20,317 nt of DNA from a virus. This document shows, piece by piece, positions 6,469-15,609 of the stretch. Under the pieces are notes generated by a model. The model was not told where the DNA came from. It searched no databases and worked only from the letters and a program-made list of their open reading frames with translations. The stretch lies in the UHGV virus genome UHGV-1756682. One strand, 5' to 3'. Numbering within the stretch: position 1 is the stretch's first letter; the number at the start of each line of letters is the position of its first letter. The translations under genes and the position numbers were made by a program.

Positions 6469-6630
6469 ATGACAAAACGTCGTAAGAAATACCAGGAAAA
6501 AGAAGAGATTCGACACCCTGATTCACCTGAGGGATTAGTGGTAGCCGCAGCAAATAACAGGGCGTTCGCAGAGCGCCTTGTTGGTGTTTACAGACTAGCC
6601 AAAGCAGGAGTGAAACATGGGCGTCGTTAA
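6469..6630 (+). CDS. small basic hypothetical protein (53 aa)
   Basis: Hand-translated [59 protein letters not shown] 6469 with AGGAG 5 nt upstream; overlaps the O start by 14 nt. Not in track. Confidence 0.35.
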   Translation: MTKRRKKYQEKEEIRHPDSPEGLVVAAANNRAFAERLVGVYRLAKAGVKHGRR

Positions 6631-7447
6631 GTTAGCTGATTACAGGCCTCAACTGGAGGTCGTGGAGCATCGCGTGGCAGAACTCGAAGATGGCTACACT
6701 CGGACTGCAAACACACTGTTAGAAGCCGCCATGCTTTCTGGACTTACTCTACATCAGTTACTGATTGTTATGGCTGTGTGGCGCAAGACATACGGTTACA
6801 ACAAAAAAATAGATTGGATCGGAAACGAACAGTTCGCTGAACTCACTGGCATGGCGCCAACCAAATGCTCTACCGCCAAAAACGAGCTTATCAGAATGGG
6901 AGTTCTCATTCAGGTGGGGCGTCAAGTTGGTATGAATACAAACATTTCCGAGTGGAAAACGAAAGTTAACGGATTCGGTAAAACATTTACCAATTCGGTA
7001 AAACAAACCTTCACCAAATCGGTAAAAAGCAATTTACCGAATCAGTCAAACACAAAAGACAATATACAAAAGACAATAAATACAAATACCCCCTTACCCC
7101 CTAACGGGGGCGGCGATGGGCAGGTTAAACCTGAACGTCGCAAGGCAGAACGAATCGACTACGAATCCTTCCTGAACGCTTACAACACCGAAGTCGGTGA
7201 CAGACTGCCACACGCTGTTGCGGTCAACGAGAAACGCAAACGCCGCCTGAAGAAAATCATCCCGCAACTGAAAACGCCAAACGTGGACGGTTTCAGAGCG
7301 TATGTCAGGGCGTTTGTACATCAGGCCAAGCCGTTTTACTTCGGAGACAACGATACGGGCTGGACGGCTGATTTTGATTACCTGCTGAGAGAAGACTCGT
7401 TAACGGGAGTTCGGGAAGGGAAGTTTGCAGACAGGGGGATTGCATGA
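6617..7447 (+). CDS. O: replication initiator, lambda O-like (origin-binding)
   Basis: N-terminal region ([16 protein letters not shown]...[46 protein letters not shown]) parallels lambda O. Iterons lie inside the gene. ATG 6617 with AGGAG 6 nt upstream. Confidence 0.85.
   Translation: MGVVKLADYRPQLEVVEHRVAELEDGYTRTANTLLEAAMLSGLTLHQLLIVMAVWRKTYGYNKKIDWIGNEQFAELTGMAPTKCSTAKNELIRMGVLIQVGRQVGMNTNISEWKTKVNGFGKTFTNSVKQTFTKSVKSNLPNQSNTKDNIQKTINTNTPLPPNGGGDGQVKPERRKAERIDYESFLNAYNTEVGDRLPHAVAVNEKRKRRLKKIIPQLKTPNVDGFRAYVRAFVHQAKPFYFGDNDTGWTADFDYLLREDSLTGVREGKFADRGIA
6971..7110. repeat. replication origin: iteron array, AT-rich tract and GC palindrome inside the O gene
   Basis: ATTCGGTAAAAC at 6973-6984 and 6993-7004, AATCGGTAAAAA at 7017-7028, inverted TTTACCGAAT at 7033-7042. 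Followed by an AT-rich tract 7048-7089 with the direct repeat ACAAAAGACAATA twice, then CCCCC-TAAC-GGGGG at 7097-7110. Confidence 0.6.
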
Positions 7448-8820
7448 AACAGGATATCGAAGCGAGCGTTATCGGTGGCCTGCTGATTGGTGGATTAACA
7501 CCAACCGCCAGCGACGTTCTGGCAACGCTAGAGCCGGAAGCGTTTTCAATTCCGCTCTACCGGAGAGCCTTCGAGGTTATCCGCAAGCAGGCGCGAAACA
7601 GAAACCTAATCGACGCGCTGATGGTTGCCGAGGCGTGCGGAGAGGAGCATTTCACGTCAATCCTGATGACCAGCAAAAACTGCCCGAGTGCCGCAAACCT
7701 GAAGGGATATGCCGGAATGGTCGCGGATAACTATCACCGCCGTCTGGTGCTGGAAATCATGGATGAAATGCGTGAACCAATTCAGAGTGGAACCATCGAC
7801 GCATCGAGTCAGGCGATGGATGAACTTGTAAAGCGTCTCTCAGCCATCAGAAAGCCCCGTGACGAGGTTAAACCGGTACGCTTAGGGGAAATCATCGCCG
7901 ACTACACTGACACGCTTGACAGGCGTCTGAGGAACGGAGAAGAGTCCGATACCCTGAAGACCGGAATCGAAGAACTTGATGCCATCACCGGAGGGATGAA
8001 CGCGGAAGACCTGGTGATAATCGCTGCTCGTCCTGGTATGGGGAAAACAGAGCTGGCGCTGAAGATTGCTGAAGGCGTTGCAAGCCGCGTTATTCCCGGT
8101 TCTGACGTCCGGCGCGGAGTGTTGATTTTCTCGATGGAAATGAGCTCATTGCAGATTGCAGAGCGAAGCATTGCCAACGCCGGGAGGATATCGGTTAGCG
8201 TACTGCGAAATCCTGCATCGATGGATGACGAAGGCTGGGCGCGTGTTGCTAACGGCATGAGTCAGCTTGCAGATTTGGATGTATGGGTAGTCGATGCCTC
8301 GCGGTTATCGGTCGAAGAAATACGCTCAATCGCAGAACGGCATAAACAGGAAAATCCAAACCTGTCACTCATCATGGCGGATTATCTTGGCCTGATTGAG
8401 AAGCCGAAAGCAGATCGCAACGACCTCGCAATTGCTCACATCACCGGAAGTCTAAAAGCGATGGCGAAAGACCTGAAAACGCCTGTTATCTCCCTAAGTC
8501 AGCTTTCGCGCGATGTTGAGAAGCGACCAAACAAACGCCCGACAAACGCAGATTTGCGTGATTCAGGAAGCATTGAGCAGGACGCAGACTCAATCATCAT
8601 GCTCTATCGGGAAGCGGTATATGACGAGAACAGTAGCGCCGCGCCATTTGCTGAAATCATCGTGACGAAAAACCGTTTTGGCTCACTTGGTACGGTTTAC
8701 CAGCGGTTCTGCAACGGACACTTTGTTGCATGTGACCAGGATGAAGCCAGACAGATTTGCACAGCATCAAATGCACCCGCTGCACGTGGCAGGAGATATG
8801 CACAAGGGGCTGACGTATGA
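7444..8820 (+). CDS. DnaB-family replicative helicase (P22 gene 12-type, in place of lambda P)
   Basis: 458-aa ORF with an N-terminal DnaB-like region and a RecA-like core (Walker [13 protein letters not shown]; [12 protein letters not shown]; [11 protein letters not shown]). ATG overlaps the O stop (ATGA). Confidence 0.85.
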   Translation: MKQDIEASVIGGLLIGGLTPTASDVLATLEPEAFSIPLYRRAFEVIRKQARNRNLIDALMVAEACGEEHFTSILMTSKNCPSAANLKGYAGMVADNYHRRLVLEIMDEMREPIQSGTIDASSQAMDELVKRLSAIRKPRDEVKPVRLGEIIADYTDTLDRRLRNGEESDTLKTGIEELDAITGGMNAEDLVIIAARPGMGKTELALKIAEGVASRVIPGSDVRRGVLIFSMEMSSLQIAERSIANAGRISVSVLRNPASMDDEGWARVANGMSQLADLDVWVVDASRLSVEEIRSIAERHKQENPNLSLIMADYLGLIEKPKADRNDLAIAHITGSLKAMAKDLKTPVISLSQLSRDVEKRPNKRPTNADLRDSGSIEQDADSIIMLYREAVYDENSSAAPFAEIIVTKNRFGSLGTVYQRFCNGHFVACDQDEARQICTASNAPAARGRRYAQGADV

Positions 8821-8843
8821 CCATCTATATCACTGAGCTGATA

Positions 8844-8874
8844 GCAGGCCTGCTGGTAATCGCAGGCCTTTTTA
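8844..8874 (+). terminator. rho-independent terminator (tR2-like) between replication and nin genes
   Basis: Perfect 8-bp stem AGGCCTGC (8846-8853) / GCAGGCCT (8862-8869), 8-nt loop, followed by TTTTT. Confidence 0.7.
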
Positions 8875-8892
8875 TTTGGGGGAGAGTAAATC

Positions 8893-9099
8893 GTGGTTGA
8901 GTTGATTTTTTCTGCATTGAGGATTCTCGGTGCTATGTGGATGGTGGCGACGTTCATTGTGGTTGCCAGCAGTTTTGTCCGGCTGGTAGGCGAAGGTAAA
9001 GACCTGGTTGGTGTGCTTTTCGGTAGCATTTTCCTGTGGGTGATTATCGGTGTTATGCCTGTTGTCGTAGCAAAAGTGGCGTGGCGTTTTGTGAGTTGA
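8893..9099 (+). CDS. small hydrophobic membrane protein (68 aa)
   Basis: Track ORF with GTG start 8893 and GGAGAG 6 nt upstream. Two hydrophobic helices. Occupies the position of lambda ren. Confidence 0.5.
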   Translation: MVELIFSALRILGAMWMVATFIVVASSFVRLVGEGKDLVGVLFGSIFLWVIIGVMPVVVAKVAWRFVS

Positions 9100-9106
9100 G
9101 GTAACG

Positions 9107-9517
9107 ATGAAGCAAACAATCTTCCTCCGAACTAAGCAACAACAGCAATCCGCAATCAACGCCATCCTCGCAACACCACTCGATAAAGACAAGCCAGTCA
9201 CCATCCGCATTACTGACTACAAGCGCAACCTTGACCAGAACGCAAAATTTCACGCGATGCTGGCGGATATCGCACGTCAGGTTAAATGGTGCGATAAGTG
9301 GTTAAAACCAGAACAATGGAAGGTTTTGTTGATAAGCGGTCATGCAGTGGCTACAAAGCAGGAAGCTGATGTTTTGCCCGGGCTTGAAGGCGAATACGTC
9401 AACATTCGCGAAAGCAGCGCGCAGATGAGTGTGAAGCGTATGGCAAGTCTGATTGAGTACACGACAGCCTGGGCTATTGGTCAGGGTGTCAGATTTACCG
9501 ACAGGAGGTATGAATGA
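9107..9517 (+). CDS. ninB: NinB (Orf-family recombination mediator)
   Basis: [21 protein letters not shown]...[22 protein letters not shown] parallels lambda NinB (...RNRSLDQNRKLWACLGDVSRQVEW). Confidence 0.85.
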   Translation: MKQTIFLRTKQQQQSAINAILATPLDKDKPVTIRITDYKRNLDQNAKFHAMLADIARQVKWCDKWLKPEQWKVLLISGHAVATKQEADVLPGLEGEYVNIRESSAQMSVKRMASLIEYTTAWAIGQGVRFTDRRYE

Positions 9518-9690
9518 GGCGACAGCGACGAAGTTTCACCGACATCATCTGCGAAAACTGCAAATACCTTCCAACGAAACGCTCCAGAAATAAACGCAAG
9601 CCAATCCCAAAAGAATCTGACGTAGAAACCTTCAACTACACGGCTCACCTGTGGGATATCCGGTGGCTAAGACATCGTGCGAGGAAATGA
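9514..9690 (+). CDS. ninE: NinE-like small basic protein (58 aa)
   Basis: Hand-translated [64 protein letters not shown] 9514 overlaps the ninB stop; AGGAGG 5 nt upstream. Matches my recollection of lambda NinE. Not in track (<60 aa). Confidence 0.6.
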   Translation: MRRQRRSFTDIICENCKYLPTKRSRNKRKPIPKESDVETFNYTAHLWDIRWLRHRARK

Positions 9691-9692
9691 CG

Positions 9693-10637
9693 ATGACTGC
9701 GTATTACAACGAAATAGATCCGTATGCAGCGCAATGGCTGCGTAACTTAATTGACGCTGGAGAAATTGCCCCCGGTTATGTAGATGAAAGGAGTATTGAA
9801 GATGTCACACCAGGTGATTTGCGAGGATTTACCCAGCACCACTTTTTTGCAGGAATCGGAGTTTGGAGCTATGCACTTAGAAAAGCAGGATGGCCAGACA
9901 ACAAGAGTATCTGGACAGGAAGTTGCCCATGCCAACCTTTCAGCTCGGCAGGCAAAGGAAAAGGGGTTGATGACGAGCGGCACTTATGGCCGGCATTCTT
10001 CTGGCTTATTGAAAAATGCAATCCTGGCATCGTTATTGGCGAACAGGTTGCAAGCGCAGACGGCCTCGCTTGGCTCGACCTTGTACAAACTGACTTGGAA
10101 GGTGCGAACTACACCTCTGCAGGTACCGATATTTGCGCTGCGGGCTTCGGTTCTCCGCACATTAGGCAGCGATTGTATTGGGTGGCCTACTCCAACGACA
10201 AATATCAACTTTCAGCCAGAGACGCGCAGGGGAATTCAGAACCTATCTGGATGCGTGAGACTAGCGGGATGGCAAACTCCTTTAGCGAACGATGCAACAG
10301 GTTCAACGCATTGCTACAGCGGAAAAGACAAGAGCGGAACCCCAAGAATCTGCTTGAAACTTCCCGGGACGGTGAAGCTATGTACCCATTACCGGTTAAC
10401 GGCTTCTGGAGAGATGCAGACTGGCTTTACTGTAGAGATGAAAAATATCGTCCAGTTAGACCCGGCTCATTCCCGATGGTTAATGGCATTGCCAAAAGCT
10501 TGGGACGAGGCAAGTCCACACTGGGAAGAATGGCAAAGCGCAATCAAGATCAGCGAATTATTGGATATGGAAACGCAATCAATGCAGAAGTAGCAACGGC
10601 ATTCGTGAAAGTTTGTATGGAGGTTGTTAATGCTTAG
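9693..10637 (+). CDS. orphan DNA cytosine-5 methyltransferase
   Basis: Frame-0 translation carries C5-MTase motifs: I-like FFAGIGVWS, IV GSCPCQPFSSAG, VI-like GEQV, VIII HIRQRLYW, X GYGNAINAEVATAF. Start ATG 9693 (GAGGA 7 nt upstream); ATG 9687 overlapping the ninE stop is an alternative. No adjacent restriction endonuclease gene. Confidence 0.75.
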   Translation: MTAYYNEIDPYAAQWLRNLIDAGEIAPGYVDERSIEDVTPGDLRGFTQHHFFAGIGVWSYALRKAGWPDNKSIWTGSCPCQPFSSAGKGKGVDDERHLWPAFFWLIEKCNPGIVIGEQVASADGLAWLDLVQTDLEGANYTSAGTDICAAGFGSPHIRQRLYWVAYSNDKYQLSARDAQGNSEPIWMRETSGMANSFSERCNRFNALLQRKRQERNPKNLLETSRDGEAMYPLPVNGFWRDADWLYCRDEKYRPVRPGSFPMVNGIAKSLGRGKSTLGRMAKRNQDQRIIGYGNAINAEVATAFVKVCMEVVNA

Positions 10638-10806
10638 CCCATCCCAATCCATTCAATACCAGAAAGAAAGCGTCGAGCGGGCTTTAACGTGCGCTAACTG
10701 CGGTCAGAAGCTGCATGTGCTGGAAGTTCACGTGTGTGAGCACTGCTGCGCAGAACTGATGAGCGATCCGAATAGCTCAATGTACGAGGAAGAAGACGAT
10801 GAGTGA
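10630..10806 (+). CDS. ninF: NinF-like protein (58 aa, Cys-rich)
   Basis: MLSPSQSIQYQKESVERALTCANCGQKLHVLEVHVCEHCCAELMSD matches my recollection of lambda NinF. ATG 10630 with GGAGG 6 nt upstream. Confidence 0.7.
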   Translation: MLSPSQSIQYQKESVERALTCANCGQKLHVLEVHVCEHCCAELMSDPNSSMYEEEDDE

Positions 10807-11068
10807 TTTCTCTGAGCTTATTTCCTTCAAAAAAGACAGAGAAGAAATGCAGACTGAATCTGTCTATTACGTTCAACACCGGAATAAACGCTCGGTGCTT
10901 GATCAGGAGCTGGTTATTACCGGAGACCTGGCATTCAGAACATATAAGGCCAGAATGGAAATGAAGGATTTCCCTAAATGTGGTTCTGAAAGAGAAGCCG
11001 CGTTAAAGCTGGCAGAGTGGATGCAGAGAATGGCTGCTGCAATTGAGAATTACTGGAGCGAACCATAA
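10799..11068 (+). CDS. hypothetical protein (89 aa)
   Basis: Track ORF; start overlaps the ninF stop and its stop overlaps the ninG ATG (TAATG). Confidence 0.5.
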   Translation: MSDFSELISFKKDREEMQTESVYYVQHRNKRSVLDQELVITGDLAFRTYKARMEMKDFPKCGSEREAALKLAEWMQRMAAAIENYWSEP

Positions 11069-11679
11069 TGGCTAAACCAGCGCGAAGACGATGTAAAAAC
11101 GATGAATGTCGGGAATGGTTTCACCCTGCATTCGCTAATCAGTGGTGGTGCTCTCCAGAGTGTGGAACAAAGATAGCACTCGAACGACGAAGCAAACAGC
11201 GCAAAAAAGCGGAAAAAGCAGCAGAGAAGAAACGACGACGAGAGGAGCAGAAACAGAAAGATAAACTGAAGATTCGAAAACTCGCCTTAAAGCCCCGCAG
11301 TTACTGGATTAAACAAGCCCAACAAGCCGTAAACGCCTTCATCAGAGAAAGAGACCGCGACTTACCATGTATCTCGTGCGGAACGCTCACGTCTGCTCAG
11401 TGGGATGCCGGACATTACCGGACAACTGCTGCGGCACCTCAACTCCGATTTGATGAACGCAATATTCACAAGCAATGCGTGGTGTGCAACCAGCACAAAA
11501 GCGGAAATCTCGTTCCGTATCGCGTCGAACTGATTAGCCGCATCGGGCAGGAAGCAGTAGACGAAATCGAATCAAACCATAACCGCCATCGCTGGACTGT
11601 CGAAGAGTGCAAGGCGATCAAGGAAGAGTACCAACAGAAACTTAAAAAACTGCGAAATAGCAGAAGTGAGGCTGCATGA
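11068..11679 (+). CDS. ninG: NinG/Rap-like recombination protein
   Basis: 203-aa ORF with Cys clusters ([34 protein letters not shown]) and basic linker, as in lambda NinG. Confidence 0.85.
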   Translation: MAKPARRRCKNDECREWFHPAFANQWWCSPECGTKIALERRSKQRKKAEKAAEKKRRREEQKQKDKLKIRKLALKPRSYWIKQAQQAVNAFIRERDRDLPCISCGTLTSAQWDAGHYRTTAAAPQLRFDERNIHKQCVVCNQHKSGNLVPYRVELISRIGQEAVDEIESNHNRHRWTVEECKAIKEEYQQKLKKLRNSRSEAA

Positions 11680-12545
11680 CGTTCTCAGTAAAAACCATTC
11701 CAGACATGCTCGTTGAAGCATATGGAAACCAGACAGAAGTAGCACGCAGACTGAAATGTAGTCGCGTTACGGTCAGAAAATACGTTGATGATAATACGTT
11801 GATGATAAAGACGGGAAAATGCACGCCATCGTCAACGACGTTCTCATGGTTCATCGCGGATGGAGTGAAAGAGATGCGCTATTACGAAAAAATTGATGGC
11901 AGCAAATACCGAAATATTTGGGTAGTTGGCGATCTGCACGGATGCTACACGAACCTGATGAAAAAACTGGAGACGATAGGATTCGACACCAAAAAAGACC
12001 TGCTTATCTCGGTTGGCGATTTGGCTGATCGTGGTGCAGAGAACGTTGAATGCCTGGAATTAATCACATTCCCCTGGTTCAAAGCTGTACGTGGAAACCA
12101 TGAGCACATGATGATTGATGGCTTATCAGAGCGTGGAAACGTCAATCACTGGCTGCTTAATGGCGGTGGCTGGTTCTTTAATCTCGATTACGACAAAGAA
12201 ATTCTGGCTAAAGCTCTTGCCCATAAAGCAGATGAACTTCCGTTAATCATCGAGCTGGTGAGCAAAGATAAAAAATATGTCATTTGCCACGCCGATTATC
12301 CTTGTAACGAATACGAGTTTGGAAAGCCAGTTGATCATCAGCAGGTAATCTGGAACCGCGAACGACTCAGCAACTCACAAGACGGGATCGTGAAAGAAAT
12401 CAAAGGCGCGGACACGTTCATCTTTGGTCATACGCCAGCAGTTAAACCACTCAAATTTGCCAACCAGATGTATATCGATACCGGCGCAGTGTTCTGCGGA
12501 AACCTCACATTGATTCAGGTACAGGGAGAAGGCGCGTGGGCATAA
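11676..12545 (+). CDS. ninI: NinH-NinI fusion ORF; C-terminal 224 aa is a NinI-type Ser/Thr protein phosphatase
   Basis: N-terminal 37 aa match lambda NinH; from [24 protein letters not shown]...GNHEHMM the sequence is a lambda-PPase-like metallophosphatase. The two are joined in one frame by a 14-bp tandem duplication at 11781-11808. NinI keeps its own ATG 11874 with GGAG 8 nt upstream. Confidence 0.75.
   Translation: MTFSVKTIPDMLVEAYGNQTEVARRLKCSRVTVRKYVDDNTLMIKTGKCTPSSTTFSWFIADGVKEMRYYEKIDGSKYRNIWVVGDLHGCYTNLMKKLETIGFDTKKDLLISVGDLADRGAENVECLELITFPWFKAVRGNHEHMMIDGLSERGNVNHWLLNGGGWFFNLDYDKEILAKALAHKADELPLIIELVSKDKKYVICHADYPCNEYEFGKPVDHQQVIWNRERLSNSQDGIVKEIKGADTFIFGHTPAVKPLKFANQMYIDTGAVFCGNLTLIQVQGEGAWA
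11781..11808 (+). repeat. perfect 14-bp tandem duplication (TACGTTGATGATAA x2) inside ninH
   Basis: Read directly: 11781-11794 and 11795-11808 are identical. Confidence 0.9.
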
Positions 12546-13054
12546 GAGAACTAAACCTCACCAAAGAACAGCATGAGTGGCTGAATGGCTGGCTTGAACT
12601 GTGGGGCGCATGGGTTTATTCAGGTCGTCTGGAAAAGCGCATGAGCAGCGTAATAGCGAAGTTCATGGAGAGCGTAGAGCCGGGAAGAGTTATGACAAGG
12701 CCAATGTGTAATGATGATGATGGAATGTTGATTTCTCAGGTCGTCGATTCCGTCATGTACATTGACAAGAAAGCCTTTGGCATCCTCCTCAGCTACTACG
12801 CTCATGGTTCATCTAAGCGAGCAATTGCATCCTACTATCACGCGACTGCAAAGCCACGCAAGATGTGTGGACGTGGTGGCGAGGGATGGAGAAAACCTTC
12901 ACTGGCAACCTGTAGAAACGAAATTGACGACATCCTGAAAGCGTCGTTATTTGTTTTGTACCAGCCAATGCAAAATGCTTTCAAAATGCGTAAACGTGTT
13001 GAGAAAGTTAAGCATGTTGCTGTTAAAAGCCTTGACATGCAATTATCCATTTAG
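12536..13054 (+). CDS. Q: late antiterminator Q (QuuD/phage 82-like type)
   Basis: Position immediately before PR' and the lysis genes. Shares ELWGAW..., CNDDDGM and SYY features with E. coli QuuD as I recall it. GTG start 12536 overlaps the ninI end. Confidence 0.75.
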   Translation: MGIRELNLTKEQHEWLNGWLELWGAWVYSGRLEKRMSSVIAKFMESVEPGRVMTRPMCNDDDGMLISQVVDSVMYIDKKAFGILLSYYAHGSSKRAIASYYHATAKPRKMCGRGGEGWRKPSLATCRNEIDDILKASLFVLYQPMQNAFKMRKRVEKVKHVAVKSLDMQLSI

Positions 13055-13061
13055 CCATAAT
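13032..13061 (+). promoter_or_regulatory. candidate late promoter PR'
   Basis: TTGACA 13032-13037, 18-bp spacer, CATAAT 13056-13061, overlapping the Q stop as in lambda. Confidence 0.4.
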
Positions 13062-13072
13062 TAGAAGGTAAG

Positions 13073-13113
13073 CTACCGTTAGTGACTCTTAAGTTGCAAC
13101 GGTGGCTTTTTTT
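13073..13113 (+). terminator. PR'-proximal intrinsic terminator (tR'-like)
   Basis: Stem ACCGTT 13075-13080 / AACGGT 13098-13103, extendable with a G-U pair, then a 7-T run 13107-13113. Downstream sequence (GCACAACAGGTAAGAGCATTGA...) resembles the lambda tR' region from memory. Confidence 0.5.
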
Positions 13114-13533
13114 GTTTGCACAACAGGTAAGAGCATTGAACCCTCAGACCTCGCGGAATTGGTGAAAGGTGCCGCGCAGTGCTCTTATCGTTGTGGTGAA
13201 TGCACAGGCTGATGTGTAAGGGCAAGAATCTTTCGCTGGATTCGGTGTGGCCACGTAGCCCGCTGTAGGCAGTTGCAGCAAACCGGAGATCAGCACCGGT
13301 CGCCACAATCCAAACTGAGCCGTAGCCACTGGCTATCCTGAACTCATCAGTGATAGTTATGCTGCGGCCTTCTACATATGACCTTCGTGAAAGCGGGTGG
13401 CAAGAGGCTGCGCTAACAACCTCATGCCGTTTTGCCCGTGCATATCGGTCACGAACAAATCTGATTACTAAACACAGTAGCCTGGATTTGTTCTATCAGT
13501 AATCGACCTTATTCCTAATTAAATAGAGCAAAT

Positions 13534-13547
13534 CCCCTTATTGGGGG
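13534..13547 (+). promoter_or_regulatory. sdi-like hairpin masking the S ribosome-binding site
   Basis: CCCC-TTATT-GGGGG immediately upstream of the Met1-Lys-Met3 dual start of S. Confidence 0.5.
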
Positions 13548-13553
13548 TAAGAC

Positions 13554-13877
13554 ATGAAGATGCCAGAAAAACATGACCTGTTATCCGCCATTCTCGCGGC
13601 AAAGGAACAAGGCATCGGGGCAATCCTTGCGTTTGCAATGGCGTACCTTCGCGGCAGATATAATGGCGGTGCGTTTACAAAAACAGTAATCGACGCAACG
13701 ATGTGCGCCATTATCGCCTGGTTCATTCGTGACCTTCTCGACTTCGCCGGACTAAGTAGCAATCTCGCTTATATAACGAGCGTGTTCATCGGCTACATCG
13801 GCACTGACTCGATTGGTTCGCTTATCAAACGCTTCGCTGCTAAAAAAGCCGGAGTAGAAGATGGTGGAAATCAATAA
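13554..13877 (+). CDS. S: holin S (class I, dual-start holin/antiholin)
   Basis: [64 protein letters not shown]... is near-identical to lambda S. Confidence 0.9.
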   Translation: MKMPEKHDLLSAILAAKEQGIGAILAFAMAYLRGRYNGGAFTKTVIDATMCAIIAWFIRDLLDFAGLSSNLAYITSVFIGYIGTDSIGSLIKRFAAKKAGVEDGGNQ

Positions 13878-14337
13878 TCAACGTAAGGCGTTCCTCGATA
13901 TGCTGGCGTGGTCAGAGGGAACTGATAACGGACGTCAGAAAACCAGAAATCATGGTTATGACGTCATTGTTGGCGGAGAGCTATTCACTGATTACTCAGA
14001 TCACCCTCGCAAACTTGTCACGCTAAACCCCAAACTCAAATCAACAGCAGCCGGACGTTACCAGCTTCTTTCCCGTTGGTGGGATGCCTATCGTAAGCAG
14101 CTTGGCCTGAAAGACTTCTCTCCCAAAAGCCAGGACGCTGTTGCGCTGCAGCAGATTAAGGAGCGTGGCGCTTTGCCGATGATTGATCGCGGTGATATCC
14201 GTCAGGCTATCGACCGTTGCAGCAATATCTGGGCTTCACTGCCGGGCGCTGGTTATGGTCAGTTCGAGCATAAGGCTGACAGCCTGATTGCAAAATTCAA
14301 AGAAGCAGGCGGAACGGTCAGAGAGATTGAGGTATGA
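13861..14337 (+). CDS. R: endolysin R (lytic transglycosylase)
   Basis: [59 protein letters not shown]... is near-identical to lambda R. Overlaps the S end. Confidence 0.9.
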   Translation: MVEINNQRKAFLDMLAWSEGTDNGRQKTRNHGYDVIVGGELFTDYSDHPRKLVTLNPKLKSTAAGRYQLLSRWWDAYRKQLGLKDFSPKSQDAVALQQIKERGALPMIDRGDIRQAIDRCSNIWASLPGAGYGQFEHKADSLIAKFKEAGGTVREIEV

Positions 14338-14771
14338 GCAGAGTCACCGCGATTATCTCTGCTCTGGTTATCTGTATCATCGTCTGCCTGTCATGGGCTG
14401 TTAATCATTACCGTGATAATGCAATCGCCTACAAAGAACAGCGCGATAAAGCTACATCCATCATCGCTGACATGCAGAAGCGTCAACGTGACGTAGCAGA
14501 ACTCGATGCCAGATATACAAAGGAGCTTGCTGATGCTAACGCGACTATCGAAAGTCTCCGTGCTGATGTTTCTGCTGGTCGTAAGCGCCTGCAAGTCGCC
14601 GCCACCTGTGCAAAGTCAACGACCGGAGCCAGCAGCATGGGCGATGGAGAAAGCCCAAGACTTACAGCAGATGCTGAACTCAATTATTACCGTCTCCGAA
14701 GTGGAATAGACAGGATAACCGCGCAGGTTAACTACCTGCAGGAGTACATCAGGACTCAGTGCCTGAAATAA
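14334..14771 (+). CDS. Rz: spanin inner-membrane subunit Rz
   Basis: [34 protein letters not shown]... matches lambda Rz. ATGA overlap with the R stop. Confidence 0.85.
   Translation: MSRVTAIISALVICIIVCLSWAVNHYRDNAIAYKEQRDKATSIIADMQKRQRDVAELDARYTKELADANATIESLRADVSAGRKRLQVAATCAKSTTGASSMGDGESPRLTADAELNYYRLRSGIDRITAQVNYLQEYIRTQCLK
14533..14709 (+). CDS. Rz1: spanin outer-membrane lipoprotein Rz1, embedded in Rz in the +1 frame
   Basis: ATG 14533 with GGAG 7 nt upstream. Signal peptide and lipobox ([20 protein letters not shown]), then a proline-rich segment ([13 protein letters not shown]). Confidence 0.7.
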   Translation: MLTRLSKVSVLMFLLVVSACKSPPPVQSQRPEPAAWAMEKAQDLQQMLNSIITVSEVE

Positions 14772-14802
14772 TTTTTTTGCAAATCACAAAGTCCATTTAA
14801 TG

Positions 14803-14827
14803 AGCCTCGCGATGCGGGGCTTTTTTA
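14803..14827 (+). terminator. intrinsic terminator after the lysis cassette
   Basis: GC-rich stem GCCTCGC 14804-14810 / GCGGGGC 14814-14820 with one G-U pair, followed by TTTTTT 14821-14826. Confidence 0.6.
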
Positions 14828-14973
14828 TGTCCGCAGTAAACGCGCTTCACACGCGCGACTTATGAACACAGAACCTTTCAGGATGACCCTTGAGGATGCC
14901 GGTTTGGTGATCGGTACCTTTCTGTGGGCCGGAATCCTGTGTGACAAGGTTCATCACTAAAAGGTAATTACTG

Positions 14974-15504
14974 ATGAAGTACCCAACAGTTATTGTCAAT
15001 GGTGTGTCCGTTCGTGTTGATGAGGATGGACGCTACAACTTAAACGATCTCCATGCAGCAGCAGTTGCAAATGGAGAGGCTACAGAGTAACAGCGCCCAA
15101 GCCAGTTTTTGCGTAGCGCGCAGATAAAACGCTTCATCAAAGCACTGGAGGCCAAAGTGCAAAAAAGCACTTTGGAACAAATTCAACCACTTAAAATAAT
15201 CAAAGGTGGTGCAGAACCAGGTGTGTGGGGTGTTGAACTTCTGGCAATCAGATATGCAGCATGGATTAAGCCGGAATTTGAAATCGAAGTTTATGAAGTT
15301 TTCAAAACGGTTGTCCGTCTCGGCGTTGGCGCAATGTCCCGTCTGAATAGAATCGATCACATCATCAATACTGAAACCAAAGCGATAAGCCAGTGCGCAA
15401 GACAAATGGCTAAGTGGGGTGTTGGTGGGCGAAAAAGATTGCTTCATGTTGCACGTGAGAGAGCGGCAAATGAAGTGCAAATGTATTTGCCCGGGATGGT
15501 GTGA
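14974..15504 (+). pseudogene. KilA-N domain gene interrupted by an in-frame TAA (ochre) at codon 39
   Basis: From ATG 14974: MKYPTVIVNGVSVRVDEDGRYNLNDLHAAAVANGEATE, then TAA at 15088-15090, then the same frame continues without an ATG through ...GVWGVELLAIRYAAWIKPEFEIEVYEVF... to the stop at 15502-15504. Both halves belong to one KilA-N domain. Confidence 0.6.
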
Positions 15505-15609
15505 TTTCGCAGGTTAATCCGAGCAGTCCTTCAGTGAGGCTGCAATAATGCTTTATTCGTATGAAGACGAAGGGTAATCTGTAGACTCTGATTATCTAAT
15601 GGAAGGTTT

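Noticed and set aside
6758-7321. Minus-strand ORFs 6758..7006 and 7094..7321 inside the O gene
   Set aside because: Antisense shadows of the O gene; the region holds the ori iterons.
7425-9253. ORFs 7425..7730 (+), 7902..8258 (-), 8697..9119 (-), 8872..9210 (-), 9053..9253 (-)
   Set aside because: Alternative-frame or antisense ORFs within or opposite the helicase and ninB genes, which have strong family signatures. Products are low-complexity and basic or proline-rich.
13114-13553. Possible tRNA or small protein genes in the Q-to-S interval, including minus ORFs 13079..13306 and 13144..13329
   Set aside because: No cloverleaf-compatible segment or GTTCRANNC T-loop was found by eye, and the interval resembles the untranslated lambda late leader. 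The minus ORFs lack start context. A tRNA scan would be needed to be certain.
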